A stretch of DNA of 32,427 bases from Nemertoderma westbladi. Its lineage: Eukaryota > Animalia > Xenacoelomorpha. The stretch's first letter is position 1; every line of letters begins with the position of its first letter. The notes under the pieces were generated by a model that worked only from the letters and a program-made list of their open reading frames with translations, was not told the origin of the DNA and made no database searches. Below, piece by piece: positions 24,201 through 32,427 of the stretch. A program made the translations under genes and the position numbers. The stretch lies in assembly GCA_032718475.1 (NCBI GenBank), contig JAUCBJ010001844.1:1-32427 (forward strand), read 5' to 3'.

Positions 24201-24393
24201 AGAGGTGGCAGATAGGTCGTACCATCGAGACCCATATATCCGAGGACGGTTTAGTGCGATCGGTAGAACTCATTGTGATGAGGCGAAATTACAAGAAGAA
24301 GGGAATCTTCTTCGAGACACAACAGCTAAACCGCCCAGTTGGTCGTCTTTGTCTACTAGAACAAGACAGAAAGTTGTCTGGAAATTACGTTAA
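21240..24393 (+). pseudogene. Degraded BEL/Pao LTR-retrotransposon pol (reverse transcriptase, RNase H, integrase)
   Basis: RT: VRVVFDGSA, SLNSDLLPGPNL, YMDD (21792-21803), GGFRLTKFTSNS, TLGLKWD, YFDPLGFISP. RNase H: LHVFGDAS, PRAELNAA, WRHFPGTINPADITSRG. IN: GLIRVGGRL, H-x4-H...CxxC, TGVDLFGP, PWWGGSWERLIRSVK, LNKRPL, WQIGR..DGLVR. It has in-frame stops (e.g. 22233-22235, 23600-23602), frameshifts and deletions. No gag or protease was recognised; the start coordinate is approximate. Confidence 0.93.
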
Positions 24394-26470
24394 ACATGAA
24401 ACTCTACCGACGACCACCTCCCAGATTCAATAAACATTTAGAGACTCACTGACTCAGGGTTAGGGGAGCCGGCACAAGACAACTTATTTTATTTGTTTAT
24501 TTTTTGTATTTATGTACGTTCTATTATGTAATTGTATATTATTATAATCGTTTTATTTAATTATAGCTAGTCGAATAATTTTGTACGTAACATCAACTAA
24601 ATCTATTAGTACAATATAATATATTTAGATACAATGGGAAATAAAATTCCTTTTTATCCCTTCCTTACTGTCCGTATATTATTCTAAATGCATGATTACA
24701 GTAAGATGTCGTACTTATCAAAGTACAATATACCCGTTCCTACTGTACCTTAGGTATTATTGGTAAACGTAGAGTATTAGGAATGCAAAGTTCAGATCCT
24801 CGTGTCTCGGCTAAACCAAGCTCTGGGTAGACCTTGGAAACGACTTGCCTCTTCTCACTGACATTGCTTATTGCAATATTACTCTCATACCATACTCCTA
24901 AAATAATACGTATAGTAGAAGATGCCCATTTAACAGTAAAACTGTCCCAGTAAATCTGTTAAACCCTTTGACCATCTGAAATTCTAGTCGATAAATATAT
25001 CATGGCACCCACCGATATACTTAAAAGACAAAATTTCTAGAATCAGTGGTTAACGTCCCCAGACAAGTTCTGGAATAAATTGGTGCCCATCCTAATATAA
25101 ATTAATAAAATTTACGGGAACAAATTTAAATTTATAACTTAGCATGAATTAAAATAAAATTGTCAATTTAAGGCAGGAAATTGACAAAAAGGTATTTTTA
25201 TTCTATCATGTGCCAAATTTAATGGAGATTTCAAATCTGCAAGCAGTTTTCTCATATCTTTTTTCAAACTCAAGTTATTACCCAAAACGTAAGAGCTAGT
25301 CTGATTTTTGTAAAGCCTTCGAGCAGCACTATATTTTACAATTGTGTTGGGCCCTTTTCATAAAAAAGGCTCTCACGGTACAGATATGTATAAAATTGCT
25401 AAAACGTTGTTTTACTACTGTAGTTACAGTATCTGTTTAGCAAGCATGAAAAATTTCGTTGAATTTCATTCATTTTTGACAAAGTTATTGACGAACATAG
25501 AAAATTGGTATTATCTAAAATAGCGCGAAGGTTTAAATTGTTCCTTAAACTTTAAACACCCATATCTCAGAATGACGTTTTTTCATGAAAAAGGCTATTT
25601 CTCCGCCAATTTTAACTGAAATGAGTTGAAAATTGGTACATTTGTTAAGATTACCCTTCTCCATACTTCTTCTGAACAAATTTGGTTGGAAATGACCTGG
25701 AGCATTTTTATATCAAAAAGGCCCAAAAAAGCCCTTTTTGGGGGCGTTTTTGTTCTAAAAAGTCTCCAGAGCATTTCAGGCAAATTTTGTTAAGAGGAAT
25801 TGGATGCAGGGTTCTTCTGAACCTATAATCCAAATTTCGACAATTTTCAACAAATATTGGTGGGGAAATAGCCCTTGGCGCAAAAAGGCACTTTTGGCCA
25901 TTACGGAGCCATTTTGGGGCCAATTTTAAAAATATTTGGTTTGGCTATTCTCAGATAGTCCAGACGATGTTTAGTACCACAAAAAATAATTTTAACCCAA
26001 TTTTATGGTCCAGAGACACAAATATGTGAGGTTCAATTTGGGGGTGCTCCCCTCCCTTAATAGATCACGGTAGCGGAGATTCCCCTATTATAACAAGTGT
26101 GAGAGAATTCCCTTGTATGCATTAAATAGCTGACAAAATTAATAAACATCACATATAAGGGAGTAATAATAACCCTATAGTCACTATTAAATAGCATCCC
26201 AGATCTGTATGCATGAGAAATACTCTAATCTTTATTACTAGCTTTGCATAATGTCACCTTAGCAACGCCCACGCTAGAATTAGAATACAGTTAGAGAACA
26301 ATAGAAAGTCTGCCACATTAAATAGAATGCATAGTGTATAGTATCTAAGGATACACAACAACAACGTGACATTCTGGAAGGCATTTGACGAATGGATAAA
26401 TGGCCCCAAATTGTGGTATGAATGTGGAATTTGTGTATTTTTATAGGTGAATGTTACTAATAAAGTGTGT

Positions 26471-29212
26471 CGGTGCGGTGCTACCAAGTGGCGCAGTGGG
26501 CTGGGGATTGAGGATAGTGCGGGGCTAATAAGTGGCGCAACAGGCTGGGGATTGAGGATGGTGCGGGGCTACCAAGTGGCGCAGTGGGCTGGGGATTGAG
26601 GACGGTGCGGGGCTACCAAGTGGCGTAGTGGGCTGGGGATTGAGGATGGTGCGGGGCTACCAAGTGGCGCAGTGGGCTGGGGATTGAGGGCGGTGTGGGG
26701 CTACCAAGTTGCGCAGTGGGCTGGGGATTGAGGATGGTGCGGGGCTACCAAGTGGCGCAGTGGGCTGGGGATTGAGGGCGGTGTGGGGCTACCAAGTGGC
26801 GCACTGGGCTGGGGATTGAGGATGGTGCGGGGCTACCAAGTTGCGCAGTGGGCTGGGGATTGAGGATGGTGCGGGGCTACCAAGTGGCGCAGTGGGCTGG
26901 GGATTGAGGGCGGTGTGGGGCTACCAAGTGGCGCACTGGGCTGGGGATTGAGGATGGTGCGGGGCTACCAAGTGGCGCACTGGGCTGGGGATTGAGGACG
27001 GTGCGGGGCTACCAAGTGGCGCACTGGGCTGGGGATTGAGGACGGTGCGGGGCTACCAAGTGGCGCAGTGGGCTGGGGATTGAGGGCGGTCCGGGGCTAC
27101 CAAGTGGCGCAGTGGGCTGGGGATTGAGGATGGTGCGGGGCTACCAAGTGGCGCAGTGGGCTGGGGATTGAGGGTGGTGCGGGGCTACCAAGTGGCGCAG
27201 TGGGCTGGGGATTGAGGACGGTGCGGGGGTATGAAGTGGCGCAGTGGGCTGGGGATTGAGGATAGTGCGGGGGTATCAAGTGGCGCAGTGGGCTGGGGAT
27301 TGAGGATGGTGCGGGGCTACCAAGTGGCGCAGTGGGCTGGGGATTGAGGGTGGTGCGGGGCTACCAAGTGGCACAGTGGGCTGGGGATTGAGGATGGTGC
27401 GGGGCTACCAAGTGGCGCAGTGGGTTGGGGATTGAGGATGGTGCGGGGCTACCAAGTGGCGCACTGGGCTGGGGATTGAGGACGGTGCGGGGCTACCAAG
27501 TGGCGCAGTGGGCTGGGGATTGAGGGCGGTGCGGGGCTACCAAGTGGCGCAGTGGGCTGGGGATTGAGGACGGTGCGGGGGTATGAAGTGGCGCAGTGGG
27601 CTGGGGATTGAGGATAGTGCGGGGGTATCAAGTGGCGCAGTGGGCTGGGGATTGAGGACGGTGCGGGGCTACCAAGTGGCGCAGTGGGCTGGGGATTGAG
27701 GACGGTGCGGGGCTACCAAGTGGTGTAGTGGGCTGGGGATTGCGGGCGGTGCGGGGCTACCAAGTGGCGCAGTGGGCTGGGGATTGAGGGCGGTGTGGGG
27801 CTACCAAGTGGCGCACTGGGCTGGGGATTGAGGATGGTGCGGGGCTACCAAGTGGCGCACTGGGCTGGGGATTGAGGACGGTGCGGGGCTACCAAGTGGC
27901 GCACTGGGCTGGGGATTGAGGACGGTGCGGGGCTACCAAGTGGCGCAGTGGGCTGGGGATTGAGGGCGGTCCGGGGCTACCAAGTGGCGCAGTGGGCTGG
28001 GGATTGAGGATGGTGCGGGGCTACCAAGTGGCGCAGTGGGCTGGGGATTGAGGGTGGTGCGGGGCTACCAAGTGGCGCAGTGGGCTGGGGATTGAGGGCG
28101 GTGCGGGGCTACCAAGTGGCGCAGTGGGTTGGGGATTGAGGGCGGTCCGGGGCTACCAAGTGGCGCAGTGGGCTGGGGATTGAGGATGGTGCGGGGCTAC
28201 CAAGTGGCGCAGTGGGCTGGGGATTGAGGGTGGTGCGGGGCTACCAAGTGGCACAGTGGGCTGGGGATTGAGGATGGTGCGGGGCTACCAAGTGGCGCAC
28301 TGGGCTGGGGATTGAGGGCGGTGCGGGGCTACCAAGTGGCGCAGTGGGCTGGGGATTGAGGACGGTGCGGGGCTACCAAGTGGTGCAGTGGGCTGGGGAT
28401 TGAGGGCGGTGCGGGACTACCAAGTGGCGCAGTGGGCTGGGGATTGAGGGCGGTGCGGGGCTACCAAGTGGCGTAGTGGGCTGGGGATTGAGGACGGTGC
28501 GGGGCTACCAAGTGGCGCAGTGGGCTGGGGATTGAAGACGGTGCGGGGCTACCAAGTGGCGCAGTGGGCTGGGGATTGAGGGCGGTGTGGGGCTACCAAG
28601 TGGCGCAGTGGGCTGGGGATTGAGGGCGGTGCGGGGCTACCAAGTGGCGCAGTGGGCTGGGGATTGAGGGCGGTGCGGGGCTACCAAGTGGCGTAGTGGG
28701 CTGGGGATTGAGGACGGTGCGGGGCTACCAAGTGGCGCAGTGGGCTGGGGATTGAAGACGGTGCGGGGCTACCAAGTGGCGCAGTGGGCTGGGGATTGAG
28801 GGCGGTGTGGGGCTACCAAGTGGCGCAGTGGGCTGGGGATTGAGGGCGGTGCGGGGCTACCAAGTGGCGCAGTGGGCTGGGGATTGAGGACGGTGCGGGG
28901 CTACCAAGTGGCGCAGTGGGCTGGGGATTGAAGACGGTGCGGGGCTACCAAGTGGCGCAGTGGGCTGGGGATTGAGGGCGGTGCGGGGCTACCAAGTGGC
29001 GCACTGGGCTGGGGATTGAGGGCGGTGCGGGGCTACCAAGTGGCGCAGTGGGCTGGGGATTGAGGACGGTGCGGGGCTACCAAGTGGCGCACTGGGCTGG
29101 GGATTGAGGGCGGTGCGGGGCTACCAAGTGGCGCACTGGGCTGGGGATTGAGGACGGTGCGGGGCTACCAAGTGGCGCACTGGGCTGGGGATTGAGGGCG
29201 GTGCGGGGCTAC
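26471..29212. repeat. 44-bp G-rich minisatellite (GGGGCTACCAAGTGGCGCAGTGGGCTGGGGATTGAGG[A/G][C/T]GGTGC), about 62 copies
   Basis: Directly visible; constant 44-bp period with substitution variants. Confidence 0.98.
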
Positions 29213-29852
29213 TAATTTCTTTCGGAAGTTGAAAGGGAGGAAGAAGAGAAAGGGGAGCAGGTTTAGAAGTCGTAGAGGAAAGGGAAAAAATTGAAGAGAA
29301 GATTGAAAAAAGCAGGGAAAAGGAGAAAGGAAGTCTAGATCGAATCAATTCGATGGTGCAGATGGATGGAAGAAGTTGAGAGGAAAATGAGCTTACTGAC
29401 TTGAAACGATTATATTTCTAATGTATTTTGTGATTTCATCAACTATTACTGAGTTCATATATTAATACGAGTACTTAACTTACTTATCAAATTCATACAA
29501 TAGGAACATGGTGTATTTATAAAATAGAACAAATGGCCTGCAGCGGAAGAAAATACATGCAACACCAGATCTCAGCCATTTCCAAAGCAAACACATATAT
29601 TTTTACATTTTTGGAATCCTAGCATGGCCAGCTTTCCATTGCTACCAACAAATCAATAAAACATTCAAGAATGACTGCAGTACGATTGGTGCAATGTTGT
29701 TGGAGACACTTTTTTCAAACACTTAATCTTTTTTTTAAAGCAAAAATAAAAATTCTGGCTCACCCACTAACGAGGAGTGAGGTGAAACTACAGCTGTTTC
29801 AAATTGTTTCAAATTCATAATCTCATAAGATTTGTAGAAACAATTTTTTTTT

Positions 29853-29876
29853 GGGGGGGGGGGGGGGGGGGGGGGG
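29853..29876 (+). repeat. Poly-G run (G24) preceded by T9
   Basis: Directly visible; the length of such homopolymers is error-prone. Confidence 0.9.
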
Positions 29877-31348
29877 TGCCTCTGAATTTCTACACTATAT
29901 TCCAGGTCATGGTGTAGTAAGTACGAGGAGTTACCTGTATGCCAGGGAGGGAGTAACACCCAAAGATGAACATTCAGTAACTATTCAACCGCTTTCTTTG
30001 CTACCCAGCATAAGCCAGGTTGGTTACCTTATCGCAGGGTTGGGTTGGCGCACAAGTTACGAAATTGTAATGGAGTGGTCAATAAATTCAAATTTCTGCA
30101 ACGTGTGATAATATTTTTGTCTGTTATACATAACGTCAGTGAGCCACTGTATTTCGTTATATTTATAGTTTTAAGCAGGGATGGCATAACGAAACGATAG
30201 AAATTTCATTTCGTTTTCAAAAATTTCGTTTTGTTTAGTTTTTTATCAATTCATGAAGTTTTAGTTTCGTTTCATAGATTTTAAAGTGAAAATATAATTT
30301 TCTGTAATAAAATTCTTATTACATGAAATAGTTAAAACACCAATCAGTGCCATCAACAATATACATTACTGTATAGTTATTATTATGTAAATGCACAAAC
30401 AGAACAAAGGCACAGGTACATACAATGTGACATGCAGTTTCCTACCCATGTCCCATATATACAATGGGACTGGAATTTATTTTATTAACGCAATTAATTA
30501 AATTATACAATTTATTAATAAGCAATGGCGTGTATAACAAAATATTGTAGCGGTACCGGTAAATACGTTTACTAACTTATGCGTGATCCTGTCAGTTAAT
30601 AGTATTGCACATTGCGCGTACAACCGACCGATGAGTGTTTATAAAGAAATTCTTGAGGACAGCCGTTCTAACTTACTATAATATTTAATTAATTCGTTAA
30701 TTAAGTACAATAAAATAAGAACAATCAACATGACTCGACATAAGTACAAGTTTTCCGAATTCGGAAAGAACGTGATAATTCTCTACTAATTGGCCCCAAT
30801 TGAATGATTTTTTCACCCGTATAATTAATTTATTAATTATTGCAGATAAGATAATTATATTTAATTGAAACTAACAGTTTTGGTGGATTACAATAAGTAT
30901 TCGCCTAATTTTTGTGACATAATTTGCATAATTAGATTGAAATATAGTAAAAGATTTACTAAAATAAACCCAATAAATATCTAAAACAATTCACTTTCTC
31001 AAATTCACAAAGGTTTAGGTCAACTTTTTATCCTGTTGTATTATAATTACGAGGTTAGATATCACACTACCCGCTAATGTTATGTAATGTACAATAATTT
31101 GCATAAACTTGTTTTTAATTCTTCATTTTCGATATATTATGACGTCACCTCTTCCAAAACAACACAAATTTTAATGACAAGTCTACGTTTTTATGTAATT
31201 TGAGATTTACTTTCTCATGTTGTGTTTAATTAAATTTGTGCTACAATTTTACAATTTATATATGTTAAAGAGCAAAAAATCGCTTTCAAACTTTACTTGA
31301 ATGACAGAAATCCTTTTTGCGGTCGAAATTTTAGTTAAATTAAATTTT

Positions 31349-31416
31349 AGTCAGTAGCCAGTAGTCAGTAGCCAGTACCTTTTTTCTTACAGTAATCAAG
31401 TCTAACGACTTGCTAA
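31349..31416 (-). mobile_element. Isolated 5' end of a subfamily-B-like HINE
   Basis: 31384-31416 is the exact reverse complement of TTAGCAAGTCGTTAGACTTGATTACTGTAAGAA (B 5' end), followed by a short (ACTGGCT/ACTGACT) repeat. No matching 3' end was found. Confidence 0.75.
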
Positions 31417-32015
31417 ATAAAATGTCACCAAATATGTTTACATTTCCATATTTTCTCTTGGCGTTATTTTCCATAATTAAAGAAGTGACTTTTTCTCACG
31501 ATCTGGGGCCTAATTGGGACAAAAAGTAACATTTTAATTTATAATAATAACAATTATTATTTATTACGTTAATAACAAGGCAGTAACTGTACTAAGTTCA
31601 TAAATACTTTATAATTAAATTAAATAAATGATACAAATTACTAAAAGGGGTTTATCATTTCTAATCTAATGGGCCACAACTACACCGTAAATTCTTATAA
31701 TAATGATGATTAATGAAGCTAATCGGTTGCCAAAAGGAAAAACAATACAATATAACCCTGTTTATACTTTATATCACTGGCTTAATATAATTCTTTGGCT
31801 CGAATGACACAAATAAATAATATCGTAATGTTCGCACCGTAGCATTTAAACGGATGACGACTTTATCAGTAAATCTAAAGAGTTGTACGAAACGAATCTG
31901 TACCAATAGCGGTATCGGATTGTATCGTTAGCTATCGACGTACCGGTATATATAGGAGGGGAGAATAGCAGCGGCGGGGTTCAAACCAAAGCGAAGTTAA
32001 TGATAAAGAAACACT

Positions 32016-32426
32016 CTAACCGAATAACTTAATGAAGCAGGGATGGCAGTAAGGTTTGTCTTTATGTTCCTTGAAGGTTCCCTTATTGAGCTGCTTCAAA
32101 CAGAAGGAGCAGACGAAATGCTCCGGATGGAACTTAAGTCGCATCGCGGTTATACAACGACCGGTGATTGGCTTCCGGCAACCGGAACACATTGAGCCGC
32201 GTTTAGTGTGGTAGTGAGTCTCGCAGTACGGCAGATCGTCGTGTTCGAAGAAGGAACCGTCGGCGAACGGAGACCTGCAATCGGTGCAGACGAAGCAATG
32301 CGCGTGCCACTGGCCGCGCAACGCCGATATGTAGTTGTCCATGATGACCTCGTCGCATCCGCAGCACTTGGGCGCGAACATCGCGAAGTAATCCTCCTGG
32401 CAGTAGGCCTTCCCGCCCCGCTCGTG
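32016..32426 (-). CDS. PXN: Paxillin-family protein, 3' coding portion (end of LIM2, LIM3, LIM4, stop); continues beyond the window
   Basis: Reads [21 protein letters not shown]...WHAHCFVC..C...[65 protein letters not shown]. This is the characteristic paxillin/Hic-5/leupaxin C-terminus. The frame is open to the window edge, so the ORF-track Met is internal. Confidence 0.95.
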   Translation of the reverse strand, partial: HERGGKAYCQEDYFAMFAPKCCGCDEVIMDNYISALRGQWHAHCFVCTDCRSPFADGSFFEHDDLPYCETHYHTKRGSMCSGCRKPITGRCITAMRLKFHPEHFVCSFCLKQLNKGTFKEHKDKPYCHPCFIKLFG

Positions 32427-32427
32427 G

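Noticed and set aside
24394-25000. 3' LTR of the BEL element
   Set aside because: A purine-rich stretch (AGGGTTAGGGGAG, about 24456-24468) is present, but it is not followed by TG or by any match to 15420-15741.
25168-26060. Kolobok/piggyBac-like TTAA element
   Set aside because: TTAAGGCAGG and CCTCCCTTAA match over only about 10 bp with a mismatch, and no extended TIR is visible.
27097-29348. Pro-rich minus-strand ORFs
   Set aside because: Artefacts of the 44-bp minisatellite; the period is not a multiple of 3.
30176-30275. hAT-like terminus CAGGGATGGC with TTTCGTTT subrepeats
   Set aside because: No complementary right end or TSD was found in the window.
31532-31565. Paxillin polyadenylation signal (minus-strand AATAAA/ATTAAA)
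   Set aside because: Such hexamers are common in this AT-rich sequence and cannot be assigned without transcript data.

Overview
AT-rich, repeat-dominated eukaryotic window, most likely from an invertebrate animal (inferred from the paxillin exon, the tRNA-derived SINE and the BEL/Pao element). 1-15418 is a head-to-tail array of 11 non-autonomous elements with Helentron/HINE (DINE-1-like) architecture. They belong to two subfamilies with different, self-complementary terminal signals, in the order A-A-A-B-A-B-B-B-A-A-A. Unit 1 carries two nested MITEs, unit 6 is a 334-bp mini-element, and unit 9 carries a different interior with a ~107-bp repeat and a long (GAGCC)n tract. Next come a putative LTR plus primer-binding site (15420-15753), a ~5-kb satellite of 30-35-bp monomers with an inverted head and 852-bp higher-order repeats, a SINE with a 15-bp TSD, a degraded BEL/Pao pol (RT-RNaseH-IN), and a 44-bp G-rich minisatellite. 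The window ends with the 3' coding part of a paxillin-family gene on the minus strand. No autonomous transposase, prokaryotic gene or true CRISPR array is present. The most interesting signal is the mixed-subfamily, cassette-like HINE array. All family assignments are from motif recognition by eye, not from database searches.
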